From IMG/VR virus record IMGVR_UViG_3300009502_000036, positions 14,092-78,091 of that record: DNA of 64,000 nt. One strand, given 5' to 3'. Each line of letters opens with the position of its first letter. Positions within the stretch are counted from its first letter, which is position 1. The notes beneath the pieces were generated by a model, which did not search any database, was not told the DNA's origin, and worked only from the letters and a program-made list of their open reading frames with translations. Both the position numbers and the translations under genes were made by a program. Positions 1-10,172 of the stretch are shown piece after piece. Source of the stretch: a virus.

Positions 1-278
1 ACGATCTGTCTATATTTTCAATAACAGAGTTAAAAAAAGAATCAAAGGCATATATGATTCTTACAATTAACATATTTTGTAAATATGAATAGTTTTCTTA
101 TTGTAGTAGAAATTTTTCTTGCTGTCTTATTAATAAAAAGAGTATATAGAGATGTTAAAAACTTTCTTATATATTTACAAAAAGAAATTCGAGAGAAAGG
201 AGTAATGACTCTAGGACAGAACGGGAAGAAAATATGGACATTAAAGAAATGGTTTTTAATTTTTAAATTTTTCGAAAA

Positions 279-458
279 ATGAAGATTTCTAGAGTATTTT
301 TGATCATTTTGGCTTTGATTTTGCAGGTCGTGTCTGTAAAGTATAATATCGTATTGTGGTCTCTATTTTATCCTCTTAGTATGTTATCAGGATTTATTAT
401 GGGATTTGTTGTATTTGATGATATGTTTGAAATAATTATTAAAAATAAAATAAAATAA
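279..458 (+). CDS. small hypothetical membrane protein (59 aa, not in ORF track)
   Basis: ATG279 to TAA458 translated by hand; two hydrophobic stretches; overlaps the stop of ORF 85..282. Confidence 0.5.
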   Translation: MKISRVFLIILALILQVVSVKYNIVLWSLFYPLSMLSGFIMGFVVFDDMFEIIIKNKIK

Positions 459-461
459 AAT

Positions 462-731
462 ATGCCTACAGAACTAGAAACAAAAGTAGAATTTCTACTA
501 CAAGAATATAGACTTGCTGGTGAAGCATTATTTGATGTAAATATTGCTGGAACTCCAGAATTAGAAGAAATGTCCGATGAATTGGTAGATTCTATCCGAA
601 GTGCATTTGCAACTGGATATTCATTTGGAGCACTATCTGTTCTTCAGACAACCTTTAAAGGAATAGCAGAAAAAGAACCAGAAACGTTAATACAACCAGT
701 AAAATCAAACATTATAATAGGAAAGTTTTAA
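462..731 (+). CDS. hypothetical protein
   Basis: 89-aa ORF in a tightly packed + strand run. Confidence 0.6.
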   Translation: MPTELETKVEFLLQEYRLAGEALFDVNIAGTPELEEMSDELVDSIRSAFATGYSFGALSVLQTTFKGIAEKEPETLIQPVKSNIIIGKF

Positions 732-941
732 TGAAATTTCTTACTGATTCATTGTATAGAATTGATTTTCCTGAAGAAGATAATAAAACGGACTTCTTTT
801 TCAAACACCGGAAAATTTTTAAGGGAAGATTCAGGCAGTCTTTAATGTATGGAATTCTTGGTAAAATGACTCTTGCATTTTATGTTGCCATATTATTTCC
901 TGGTATTTTTTTAAAGAAATATAAAAAGAAAGACTTTTAAA

Positions 942-1184
942 TTGTGTATTATGAAAACTAATTCAGTTAAAGTTGAAGAATGGGAAATAATGGCTAGGTC
1001 TATTTCTAGAAGGGTTTTACGAGTATTAGACTTAAAAAATATTTCTAAAGAATCTTTAAGCGAAAAACTTGATATTTCAAAAGAAAGAGTTGAAGATATT
1101 CTTAATAGTAAAGAAGATCTTACACTTAAAATGATAGCAAAAATCGCAGATGCACTGAATGTGCGTCTTTTCGATATAATGTAA
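942..1184 (+). CDS. XRE/Cro-like helix-turn-helix protein
   Basis: ISKESLSEKLDISKERVEDILNSKEDLTLKMIAKIADALNV fits the XRE HTH pattern; true start probably ATG951. Confidence 0.8.
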   Translation: MCIMKTNSVKVEEWEIMARSISRRVLRVLDLKNISKESLSEKLDISKERVEDILNSKEDLTLKMIAKIADALNVRLFDIM

Positions 1185-1193
1185 AGGATAATT

Positions 1194-1844
1194 ATGTTAG
1201 TATATCAAGCACCATATCGAGATTGGATAGGTCCATATCAAATAGCAGAAGCACTTTGTTTTTGGGTTCCCAAAACAAAGGATGAACTCGGCAATGAAGA
1301 ATTTCCTGAATGGGTAGATAATTTTGGTGAATGGTTGTCAGAAACACCACTTTTACCCCTTTGTAATTGGATTGAAGAAAATATTAAAAGAATTGTTCAT
1401 GTTCATATTGATAAATATGATACGTGGAATATGGATTCAACTTTAACGCCAATTATTCTTCCGCTATTAAAACAATTAAAGGAATCTCAGCATGGAGCTC
1501 CACATGTTGATGATTGTGATGTTCCGGATAATCTAAAATCATCTGCCGCACCAGAAAAACAGAATGACTGGGATATAGATGATCTTCATTTTGCACGTTG
1601 GGATTGGGTTCTTAACGAAATGATTTGGGCATTTAATGAACTTAATGGTGATTGGGAAAATCAATTTCATACTGGTAATATAGATTTTCAGTTTGAAAAA
1701 GATCCTGAAACTGGACATAATCTTTTAATACATGGGCCGAATCATACTGGAAAATTCGACAGTGACGGTTACACAACTCACCTAAATAGAATTAAAAGAG
1801 GTACTACATTATTTGGTAAATATTTTCAAAATCTTTGGGATTGA
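1194..1844 (+). CDS. conserved hypothetical phage protein
   Basis: 216 aa, Trp/Asp-rich, DTWNMDSTL..IILPLLKQLK motif recalled from large myophages. Confidence 0.6.
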   Translation: MLVYQAPYRDWIGPYQIAEALCFWVPKTKDELGNEEFPEWVDNFGEWLSETPLLPLCNWIEENIKRIVHVHIDKYDTWNMDSTLTPIILPLLKQLKESQHGAPHVDDCDVPDNLKSSAAPEKQNDWDIDDLHFARWDWVLNEMIWAFNELNGDWENQFHTGNIDFQFEKDPETGHNLLIHGPNHTGKFDSDGYTTHLNRIKRGTTLFGKYFQNLWD

Positions 1845-1921
1845 AATAGCAATTTTAGAGGCAATTATTGTAGAAGATCCTGTTGCATCCAGTGACATAG
1901 AAAATGTAATTAAAAAATAAT

Positions 1922-1950
1922 AAAAAGCTATTCTTTGAATAGCTTTTTTT
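1922..1950 (+). terminator. intrinsic terminator hairpin
   Basis: aaaaagctattc-ttt-gaatagcttttt followed by a T run. Confidence 0.7.
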
Positions 1951-1984
1951 GTTTATATTAAATTAATAAACAAAAAAAACAAAT

Positions 1985-2647
1985 ATGAAAAATATACATA
2001 AAGTGGTAGTAGGATCAAGACTTCATGGTCTAGATAATCAAGATTCCGATTACGATTATAGAGGTGTTTTTAAAGTAGATTTAATTGATATTTTATCACC
2101 ATTTAGAAAAACACAAAACACTTCTTGGATAGAAGGCAAGACTGATGACACTAATTACGAGTTAATAAATTTTGTCAAAATGTGTGCAACGGGTAATCCT
2201 TCTGCACTAGAGGTTATCTGGTCTAACAGAATAGTAGAAACTACCGATATTGGTATGGAACTAGTTACAAATAGACAAAAATTTTTAGACGATGAAAAGA
2301 TATATTTTGCTCATCTTGGATATGCAGAAAATCAAATAAAGAAAATGGATCTTTATAATCCAGATCCAAAAAGAACACCAAAGACTATCATTGCCTATAT
2401 TAGATCGTTAAGACAGGGAATAGAATTATTGGATAGTGGAGATTTTAATCCAGTTTATGAATATCCGGACAGAGATTTTCTTTTAGAAATAAAAAATAAT
2501 TTCAATTCTTCTTTAATACCGAAAGTTACTACTTTAATGCACAAAGTAAGACAGGAACTAGAGTGCTTAAAAGCTTTTCGTGGATTTATTCGTAAAGCGG
2601 ATATTGAATGGATAGAAAATTTTATTTTAAATGCTTATTCAAAGTAA
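1985..2647 (+). CDS. DNA pol beta-superfamily nucleotidyltransferase (T4 NrdC.11/YcgL-like, RNA-repair associated)
   Basis: VVGSRLHGLDNQDSDYDYRGVF = GS..G....SDxD motif; GNPSALE motif. Confidence 0.85.
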   Translation: MKNIHKVVVGSRLHGLDNQDSDYDYRGVFKVDLIDILSPFRKTQNTSWIEGKTDDTNYELINFVKMCATGNPSALEVIWSNRIVETTDIGMELVTNRQKFLDDEKIYFAHLGYAENQIKKMDLYNPDPKRTPKTIIAYIRSLRQGIELLDSGDFNPVYEYPDRDFLLEIKNNFNSSLIPKVTTLMHKVRQELECLKAFRGFIRKADIEWIENFILNAYSK

Positions 2648-2826
2648 TATTATGGCAGATAAACATTATAAAAGATTAGATGAGGAACATATCGATGCAA
2701 TAGACTCTGCTATTTTCAATGGTGACATTTTCTTCAATATCGAAAATATTATTGAATTTCGTTATATTATGGCACGTTGGGAAAAAGAACTACATGTCTG
2801 GGAAGAAAGAATAAAGGAATGCGAAA

Positions 2827-3252
2827 ATGATAATTTATAACATTAACGAGGACATTTTCTCTAAATGTGAAGACCTTTATAATAAAGAAGCTCTTACATT
2901 TAACCCGATGATAAAAACTGTATCGGAAATACTAAGAAAAGTTTCAATTGGTTGCCCAGCTTTGGTTGTGAAAGATAGTTTACATTCGAAATCAAAAGCT
3001 ATAAAAATACATACAACAAAACATCTAACATTTAATATGGCTGATAGTGTAGATATTTTTTTTACTATAAAAAATAAAGATATTATGGAATGGGTATACA
3101 ATAATTTTCATTCCGATAAAGAATTGTCACAGTATATTATAACTTTAAATCCAGAAAAGATTCTTGATGATTTATCGCTATATGTAAGTTGTTTTTATAA
3201 AGATGAATGGTATATTCTAGTCCCAAGTGTTTTAGTTAGAATTTATTACTAA
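2827..3252 (+). CDS. paralog family A protein
   Basis: HTTKHLTF ... FYKDEWYILV motifs shared with neighbouring ORFs. Confidence 0.65.
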   Translation: MIIYNINEDIFSKCEDLYNKEALTFNPMIKTVSEILRKVSIGCPALVVKDSLHSKSKAIKIHTTKHLTFNMADSVDIFFTIKNKDIMEWVYNNFHSDKELSQYIITLNPEKILDDLSLYVSCFYKDEWYILVPSVLVRIYY

Positions 3253-3593
3253 CATTTCTTATTTTATTTCATGAAAAAGAAATAATTGAAAAGTTAACAA
3301 ATACTAAAATAACTCTTCAGATAGAATGTACTGATTTTAGAATAAAAAAGCTTAAAGAATTAAGATTTATAATGAAATGATTGAAGAACAAATAAAAGAT
3401 AGAAAATATAAATTTCCCAATCACGATTATGTAGCAGATTGGAATATGAGGAAAAGGCTGACGGAACTTTCAAAAAATCAATTTGTATATGCTTATGAGC
3501 ATGAAAATATGTTAGATTATATTAAAAATATTTCGAATGTTTATGTTCTAGGAGCATATTGATTTCGAGATTTAAATTGTGATTAACTTTTAA

Positions 3594-3926
3594 GTGTTTC
3601 TGCAAAATTATTTAAATAATTCTACAATGAAAATGAAATATAAACTTGGCTATAAAGGAATGTGGGGAAGTGATGTTTATTTTTTAGAGGGTTTTCCATC
3701 TTCTATAGATAAAATTTACGCTATTTATATAAATGACACGAGAGTTTCCGTGATAAATGGCAAAGTAGGCCATGTAGAAGATTCTGATTGTGTTCCTACA
3801 TATTCTAATCATTTTTATATTCAGATAGATGTCTTTGGCGTACTTATCGACATTGATATAAACAAAATTGTTAATGAAATTGATGTTTATGTTAAAACAG
3901 AAGATGTTTCATTTTTAGCCACATGA
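3594..3926 (+). CDS. hypothetical protein
   Basis: 110-aa ORF, ATGA-coupled to the next gene. Confidence 0.5.
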   Translation: MFLQNYLNNSTMKMKYKLGYKGMWGSDVYFLEGFPSSIDKIYAIYINDTRVSVINGKVGHVEDSDCVPTYSNHFYIQIDVFGVLIDIDINKIVNEIDVYVKTEDVSFLAT

Positions 3927-4234
3927 CATACATAGTGAAAAAGGGTACACCCGGAGTAGCATATAATATAATTGAAAGCACTATAGTTATACTTAAAACT
4001 ACTAAAGATTTAACTTTTAACCGTAGATCGGATAGTGATGTTAATGATCATTATTTAGGAGATGTTGGTGGAGAAAGATTGTGGAATGTTATCTTGGACT
4101 GTTATCACTCAGATATGTCTCTTATTAAATCAACAAATTTTGAAAATATAAAAGTACGGGATCTTAATGTATTTGAAGAAGATTTTTGGTTGTTGTTTGT
4201 CCATCGAGATTTAGTGACTTTTACCACAAAATAA
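3923..4234 (+). CDS. paralog family A protein
   Basis: KKGTPGVAY, TTKDLTF, FEEDFWLLFV. Confidence 0.7.
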   Translation: MTYIVKKGTPGVAYNIIESTIVILKTTKDLTFNRRSDSDVNDHYLGDVGGERLWNVILDCYHSDMSLIKSTNFENIKVRDLNVFEEDFWLLFVHRDLVTFTTK

Positions 4235-4260
4235 TTTTTTATAATCAATAGAATAATTTG

Positions 4261-4281
4261 TATATTATATTACGTGAATAA
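4261..4281 (+). promoter_or_regulatory. putative early promoter motif TATATTATA (copies at 4261, 5268, 7427, 9388, 10517, 18568, 24483)
   Basis: TATATTATA recurs in intergenic gaps ahead of gene starts, often preceded by AAAA; three copies are followed shortly by TGAAyAA. Confidence 0.6.
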
Positions 4282-4475
4282 ATTATAGATGGAGAGTATA
4301 GCATGATTGAAGTTTATCAAAAAATAAAAGACATTTTATATAATGCAGTAGAACAGTCAGAGTCAGAATATTATGGGTTTTCTGGTATTCCTGAAGATTC
4401 TCTTTATGATACTCTTAAACAAATTATGGAAGTTGTTAATTCTTATAGAGATAACGAAACATCAAAAAATAATTT

Positions 4476-4757
4476 ATGAATAACTTTTTCATACCAAAAG
4501 GAACCTTTGGTATTGCATATGATACATCGGAAGGGAATTTTGTTGTATTAAGTACGAGTAAAGATTTAAATTTCCTAGAAAGGAGTGATTCTAAAGTAAC
4601 GAGATTAGGTGATCTTTGGTGGGATGTTCTACAAATATTTAGAGGTAATTTCATTACTGGCATGGATAATCAAATTTCAGTAACTGATATATTTGCCTTT
4701 GAAAAAGACGAATGGTTCTTATTTATACACCAAACTAAAATTAAATACGAAGAATGA
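4476..4757 (+). CDS. paralog family A protein
   Basis: PKGTFGIAY, TSKDLNF, FEKDEWFLFI. Confidence 0.7.
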   Translation: MNNFFIPKGTFGIAYDTSEGNFVVLSTSKDLNFLERSDSKVTRLGDLWWDVLQIFRGNFITGMDNQISVTDIFAFEKDEWFLFIHQTKIKYEE

Positions 4758-5011
4758 CTTTTTATTTTACCAGGTTCTCCTATATTAGCTTATAGTATTA
4801 TAGATCAGCGTCTAACTTATACTAAGACTTCTAAACTTTGGCAGTTTGATAAAACATCAGAGGGGAATTTTCCAGGCAACTTCCCGATTTAATGCTTGAT
4901 GTTCATGACTATTTTAAAAGAATAGATTCTAATTATATTAATATAGAATACATATATACTTTTGGTATTAAAGATTGGCTTTTGTTTATTAATAAAAGAG
5001 AACTCAAATGA
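4754..5011 (+). pseudogene. frameshifted paralog family A member
   Basis: Reconstructs to MTF/ILPGSPILAY..TKTSKLWQF../..FGIKDWLLFINKRELK; one extra T in the run near 4759-4763 plus a second shift near 4885. Confidence 0.6.
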
Positions 5012-5251
5012 AACTTTTTGTTATAGAAAAAGGAATTGAAGTACTAGCTTATAAAATAAAATCAGATTTGGTGTATTCTATAACTACGAGTAAAATAAGT
5101 TTTTTTTTGTAAAAAATCGGAGAATTCTATATCAGAAGAATTGCTTCTTATAGCAGAAGGAGTATGCGGACAGGTATTCGCTGATATTTTAGTTTTTGAA
5201 AAGGATGGATGGTTATTGTTTGCAGATAAAGAAGAAGTTCAATATTTTTAA
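5008..5251 (+). pseudogene. frameshifted paralog family A member
   Basis: MKLFVIEKGIEVLAY..TTSKISFF/CKKS..FEKDGWLLFADKEEVQYF; single shift in the T9 run 5100-5108. Confidence 0.7.
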
Positions 5252-5507
5252 TTTACAGCAAAAAGTTTATATTATACTATATGAATAATTTATAAACAGA
5301 AAATACATCATGCAAAGAGAAAACAATGATACAATTTGGGGAGCGTTCGCGCTTTACATAACAAATCAGGAACTAGTGATTACAAAAACAGACATATTGC
5401 AACTGTTTAAATCTAATCCGGACGTCATTAAAAATGAAATTAGAGAAAATTCAGAAGAGTCTCTACTTTTTCCTAAAACTTATGTAATGTGCATAAACTA
5501 AATTATA

Positions 5508-6527
5508 ATGAAAATTGACATTAAAGAATTAGACAGACTACATAAAGAGAAACTTTTAGAAAAGCAAGTTCATCCTATTCTTCCTTTGACTATTTGGAAT
5601 TATAGTCAGACTTGTCAGTATGATAATTTGTGGACATCTACTCTTTTGATGTGTCGTGGACTCGTAACAGACGTAGAAGGAAACGTAATTGCTCGTCCAT
5701 TTAAAAAATTCTTTAATTTAGAAGAAAAGAAACATGTACATACGGAAAATTTTACGATTTGGCACAAAGAAGATGGTTCCTTGGGTATTATATTCTTCTA
5801 CAATGGGGTATGGCACATCTGCTCTCGTGGGTCTTTTACTTCTGATCAAGCTATCAAAGCAAAGGAGATGCTTGAAAAAATCAAAGACAAAGAGAAGTAT
5901 CTTAAAAAAGAACTCACTTACCTGGTAGAAATTATTTATCCAGAAAACAGAATTTGCATAGATTATGGACAAACAGAAAAACTTATTTTACTAGGCGCTG
6001 TAGATATAGAAACTGGCGCAGAAGTTAATCCTACAAAAATTTCTCAATGTATTTTTGAAATACCACAGCAGGAATATTTCACTGACTATTCTCAGATTGC
6101 ATGGCTAGACTGGGAAAATAAAGAAGGTTTTGTTGTTCATTTTGACAACGGTAATAAATGCAAGATTAAATTTGCTAATTATTTAAAAAAGCATAAAATA
6201 ATATGGAATCTCACAAACAAATTGATTCACGAACATCTTGTTAACGGTAACATCGAAGAATTGTTGGATCAAATACCAGATGAATTTTATTCTATCGTCA
6301 AAGAAGAAATTTATGAATTTAATAAAGAATATGCTATCATATTAAGTTCAGCGATGGTTGCTTTTAATGATGCACGAAAGTTAGAAACACGTAAAGAATT
6401 TGCTGCGGAAGCACTTAAATATGAATATCCTCAGGTTCTTTTTGCTATGCTTGATAAAAAGAACTATGAAGGTGTTATTTGGAAAATACTTGAGCCCAAA
6501 GTTTCAATACGTATATTAACGAAATAA
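5508..6527 (+). CDS. rnlA: RNA ligase 1 (T4 RnlA family)
   Basis: CRGLV..ARPFKKFFN, KEDGSLGI (motif I), SRGSF, EGFVV, KIK motifs. Confidence 0.9.
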   Translation: MKIDIKELDRLHKEKLLEKQVHPILPLTIWNYSQTCQYDNLWTSTLLMCRGLVTDVEGNVIARPFKKFFNLEEKKHVHTENFTIWHKEDGSLGIIFFYNGVWHICSRGSFTSDQAIKAKEMLEKIKDKEKYLKKELTYLVEIIYPENRICIDYGQTEKLILLGAVDIETGAEVNPTKISQCIFEIPQQEYFTDYSQIAWLDWENKEGFVVHFDNGNKCKIKFANYLKKHKIIWNLTNKLIHEHLVNGNIEELLDQIPDEFYSIVKEEIYEFNKEYAIILSSAMVAFNDARKLETRKEFAAEALKYEYPQVLFAMLDKKNYEGVIWKILEPKVSIRILTK

Positions 6528-6534
6528 GGTTAAA

Positions 6535-6828
6535 ATGGGATATAGTGTATACAAAGGTACTCGTGGAATAGCATACGACGTTAGAAATGAAATTTTTGTT
6601 AAAATACAAACGAAAAAAGATCATCACTTTCATCATTCTAATTTTGGAATCGAATTTGATGAAATTGTTAGTTGTATGATACGTGAAGTATTTGATAAAA
6701 ATTATGTGAAACTTGAACTCTATTTTCCTGAATACGAAACTGGAAGAGGTTCTATTATACCGTTTAAAAGATCAGATTGGTATTTAATGGTATCTAATTT
6801 TAATGTAATATCTTATGTTGGTAAATAA
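6535..6828 (+). CDS. paralog family A protein
   Basis: YKGTRGIAY, TKKDHHF, FKRSDWYLMV. Confidence 0.7.
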   Translation: MGYSVYKGTRGIAYDVRNEIFVKIQTKKDHHFHHSNFGIEFDEIVSCMIREVFDKNYVKLELYFPEYETGRGSIIPFKRSDWYLMVSNFNVISYVGK

Positions 6829-7114
6829 CGCGACTACCTTTAAAGTTAATAAAGGTGTTTCTGTAATAGTTTTGCAAGAAATAGGTTTAAATGCTATTAA
6901 TGGCACTATATTATCAACTGAGTTTAAAAAAATTCGTACGACTAAGGATTTGATTTTTTTCCCAACAGAAAGAATAGGAAAATCTTCTTGGATAAATTTA
7001 GTTCAATCCTTTAGAGATTCGCTCATAAAAACTGATAAATCATTATATCACTGTTTTCGTAGAGACGGTTGGTTTATTTTTATCAATAAATCAGATATCT
7101 TAGAAATAGTTTAA
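6815..7114 (+). CDS. paralog family A protein
   Basis: VNKGVSVIV, RTTKDLIF, FRRDGWFIFI. Confidence 0.7.
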   Translation: MLVNNATTFKVNKGVSVIVLQEIGLNAINGTILSTEFKKIRTTKDLIFFPTERIGKSSWINLVQSFRDSLIKTDKSLYHCFRRDGWFIFINKSDILEIV

Positions 7115-7130
7115 GCGAAGGAGTTTTTCC

Positions 7131-7418
7131 ATGTTAAAGGTTTGTAAAGGAACTGAATGCGTTGTAATAAATAAATCTTTCTGTTCGGAAAAATATATTA
7201 TTGATGGAATAATAAATGAAAAATTATTTAAATTTATACGAACAACTAAAAATTTAGAATTTAGTGGAGAAGAAGAAAAGCTTTACGACGATTTTCCTAT
7301 TCTTTTTGACAGTTTTGATGAGTTGTTTTATGACTTTGGCACTCCGGATATATATAATTGTTTTGAAAGAGAAGGTTGGTTTGTATTTTTTGAGAATTTT
7401 CCTGTTACATATTGTTAA
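7131..7418 (+). CDS. paralog family A protein
   Basis: VCKGTECVV, RTTKNLEF, FEREGWFVFF. Confidence 0.7.
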   Translation: MLKVCKGTECVVINKSFCSEKYIIDGIINEKLFKFIRTTKNLEFSGEEEKLYDDFPILFDSFDELFYDFGTPDIYNCFEREGWFVFFENFPVTYC

Positions 7419-7479
7419 ATTATTATTATATTATATCATAGGTCTATAAGTGAAAGTAGTTAAATCTAAATAAATTGAA

Positions 7480-9330
7480 ATGAACATCCCTTTCCACTCT
7501 GTCAAACAATTAGAATCACAAATAGTAGTGGCTAGTACAGCATATTATGAAGGCATTGCTATTATGACAGATGAAGAGTTTGACTGCATGATAAAAGCTC
7601 TAAAAGATTGTAATCCTAATTCTTCAATTCTCAAGACCGGTTGGGGATATGTACCTAAAGATAGAATAGTTGAACATATTGGCAGTGAGGTTGGATCACT
7701 AGATAAAATCCAGATAGCTAACTATATAGATAGAAAAACCGTTATAGCTACTCCTAAATACGATGGACTTACTGCAGTAGTATATTTTGAAGATGGTAAA
7801 TATGCTAAAGGTGTAACTAGAGGTGATGGTAAATTAGGACAGGATATTTCCTCTAAATTGAAGTGGATAATTGAGAATACTACTGAGGCTAATCTTGATG
7901 ATATAGTATTTGATGGTACATCAATAAGAGGTGAGGTAGTTGTACCATTGGTATATGAGTCTGATGTATTATCCTTAGGATATTCAAATACAAGAAACTT
8001 TGCTGCAGGAGTTATGAATACTAAGGAGGATGACTATGAGTTACTTCGTTATCTTCACTTTGTTCCATATACTATCAGAGATAGTAAGTTATCCAAATGG
8101 CAATGTTACGAATTTTTTTATGAAAAAAATCTTATAACTCCATGTCAAGTAGGATTAATTGAGAATATATTAGACTCGGAAAGCCTAAGGTTAGTATATA
8201 ATAAATGGAGAGAGATATATCCAATAGATGGAATTGTATTAACAAAAGAATTTTCTGAGGATATTGACAACGACTCATATGCAGTAAAGTTTGAGACAGA
8301 AGAAAAGCCCGCCGTAGTTGATACTGTTGAGTGGAGTACGCGATCAACAGGAGCTGTGATACCTGTGGTTATATTAAAGGAGCCTATCAAGATTCATGGA
8401 GCTAATATCCAGAGGCTTAGTGGATATAATTGGAAATATATCACTGATAATAAAATTGGACATGATGCGGAGATCATTATTACCAGAGCAAATGAAGTAA
8501 TACCTAAAATACTTAACGTCACTAAACCATCCAGTACGGTAGTTTGGCCACATGAGTGTCCTGTATGTGGAAGTCCAACATCAGTACAGAGTGTTCATCT
8601 TATATGTGAAAATCCACTATGCCCATCTGTACAGATTAATCAAGTACATGCATTTTTAACTAGATGTGATATTGATAAGGGTATCGGTCAGACTACATGG
8701 GATAAATACTTTGAACATTTTAGTGTAGGTAATTTCTTTGATTTTGTAAATAGTGTAAGAAACTATGATGGTAATATACAGCACTTGGAATTTCTTGGAG
8801 ATAGTATGTCTAAGAAGGTTGCCCAGGCTATTACAGTTATTGGGAATAAAATCAAGAATATTACTTATGAGGATATACTAGTATCAATGAACATTCCAGG
8901 TCTTGGAACTACACATGCTAAGACTCTTGGTCAATACACTTTCCAAGAATTAAAGGATAAGAGTATAAGTGAGAATAATAATCTTGGAACTAATGTAACA
9001 GTTGGAAGAGAGATATCGAACAAAATAGATGATCTAATAATGTTAGTAGATATTCTCTGGCCCACTAATCCCCCTACTATTACAGTGCCTATTAATATTA
9101 CGGGAATAGAGGTATGTATTACTGGTAAGCTGGAGTATGGTACTAGAGATAAATTTGCAAAAGCAATAGAGTCATATGGATTTATATCTGTTGATGGAGT
9201 GAATAAGAATACCAAATATCTAATCTGCAATTCCACTTCTTCATCCAGTAAATCTAAAACTGCTAGTAAATTAGGAGTACCAGTGATATCTGAACAAGCA
9301 TTTTTAGATCACTTTAATATTGTACTATGA
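7480..9330 (+). CDS. ligA: NAD-dependent DNA ligase
   Basis: AYY..MTDEEFD (domain Ia), KYDG, TRGDG..G.D, RGEV, RNFAAG, DGIV, Cys4 zinc finger CPVCGS..CENPLC, C-terminal BRCT (VCITGKL). Confidence 0.93.
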   Translation: MNIPFHSVKQLESQIVVASTAYYEGIAIMTDEEFDCMIKALKDCNPNSSILKTGWGYVPKDRIVEHIGSEVGSLDKIQIANYIDRKTVIATPKYDGLTAVVYFEDGKYAKGVTRGDGKLGQDISSKLKWIIENTTEANLDDIVFDGTSIRGEVVVPLVYESDVLSLGYSNTRNFAAGVMNTKEDDYELLRYLHFVPYTIRDSKLSKWQCYEFFYEKNLITPCQVGLIENILDSESLRLVYNKWREIYPIDGIVLTKEFSEDIDNDSYAVKFETEEKPAVVDTVEWSTRSTGAVIPVVILKEPIKIHGANIQRLSGYNWKYITDNKIGHDAEIIITRANEVIPKILNVTKPSSTVVWPHECPVCGSPTSVQSVHLICENPLCPSVQINQVHAFLTRCDIDKGIGQTTWDKYFEHFSVGNFFDFVNSVRNYDGNIQHLEFLGDSMSKKVAQAITVIGNKIKNITYEDILVSMNIPGLGTTHAKTLGQYTFQELKDKSISENNNLGTNVTVGREISNKIDDLIMLVDILWPTNPPTITVPINITGIEVCITGKLEYGTRDKFAKAIESYGFISVDGVNKNTKYLICNSTSSSSKSKTASKLGVPVISEQAFLDHFNIVL

Positions 9331-9461
9331 GGAGCTTCTTTCTTGAAATAAGTATCAAAAAATATTTTGTGTTTAGTGGAAAATGATTATATTATAAAGT
9401 CGAGTAATTTAAAAGAAACTTCTTTTCTATTGCTTCATCTTAATAAATTTTAGTTTATAAT

Positions 9462-9800
9462 ATGCAACACATTAAAGAGGGAACATTTGGTATTGCTTAT
9501 TGTTATATTGTAAATCATGTTCACTATGACAAATACGTAAAATTAAATACTTCTATGGATTTATATTTTAATAAAAATGTAACCAAAATAGGAAAGTCTA
9601 TTTGGGCTCACGTTTTTGGTTTATATAAGAGTGATTACATACTACAGAATGTTATAAAAGAAATGTTAGCAAAAATACATCCGCAACCTATAGAGGATTT
9701 TATTACTGTTATTGATAAAGATGGATGGTTATTTTTTTTCCAACAAAAGAAATTATATCAGAAAAAGATATTTTTGAGTTTTAAATTACCGTTTGATTAA
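9462..9800 (+). CDS. paralog family A protein
   Basis: IKEGTFGIAY, TSMDLYF, IDKDGWLFFF. Confidence 0.7.
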   Translation: MQHIKEGTFGIAYCYIVNHVHYDKYVKLNTSMDLYFNKNVTKIGKSIWAHVFGLYKSDYILQNVIKEMLAKIHPQPIEDFITVIDKDGWLFFFQQKKLYQKKIFLSFKLPFD

Positions 9801-9804
9801 AGAA

Positions 9805-10172
9805 ATGTCATATACTATTTTTAAAATACTATCGCGATTGTTTTAAGAATAAAACCCGAAGACTGTTATTTTTGTGTTGGTACTAAAAAATATACACGAA
9901 GATTTCACGATACCAACACAAAAATAACATTTATACATACAACAAAGGAACTAATATTTGAGGAGATGATGAATGCAGATGAGCTTAAACATTTATATTA
10001 TCGTATTAAACACGCGGTTTTACCGAAATCTTCAGAATACGTAAACTCATTTCATGAAAAACAATGGAGTTTTTTTAACAAATTAGATGAAACTGGCAAT
10101 TGGATGCTTATAGTTCCTTCTAATAAAGTCTTTAAAGATTTTTTAAACAAACCATATGCCAGTAGTTTATAA
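9805..10172 (+). pseudogene. frameshifted paralog family A member (track ORF 9966..10172 is its 3' half)
   Basis: MSYTIFK/NTIAIVL..HTTKELIF..ETGNWMLIVPS; one A missing in the A4 run near 9823-9826; parallels 10156..10479. Confidence 0.65.
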
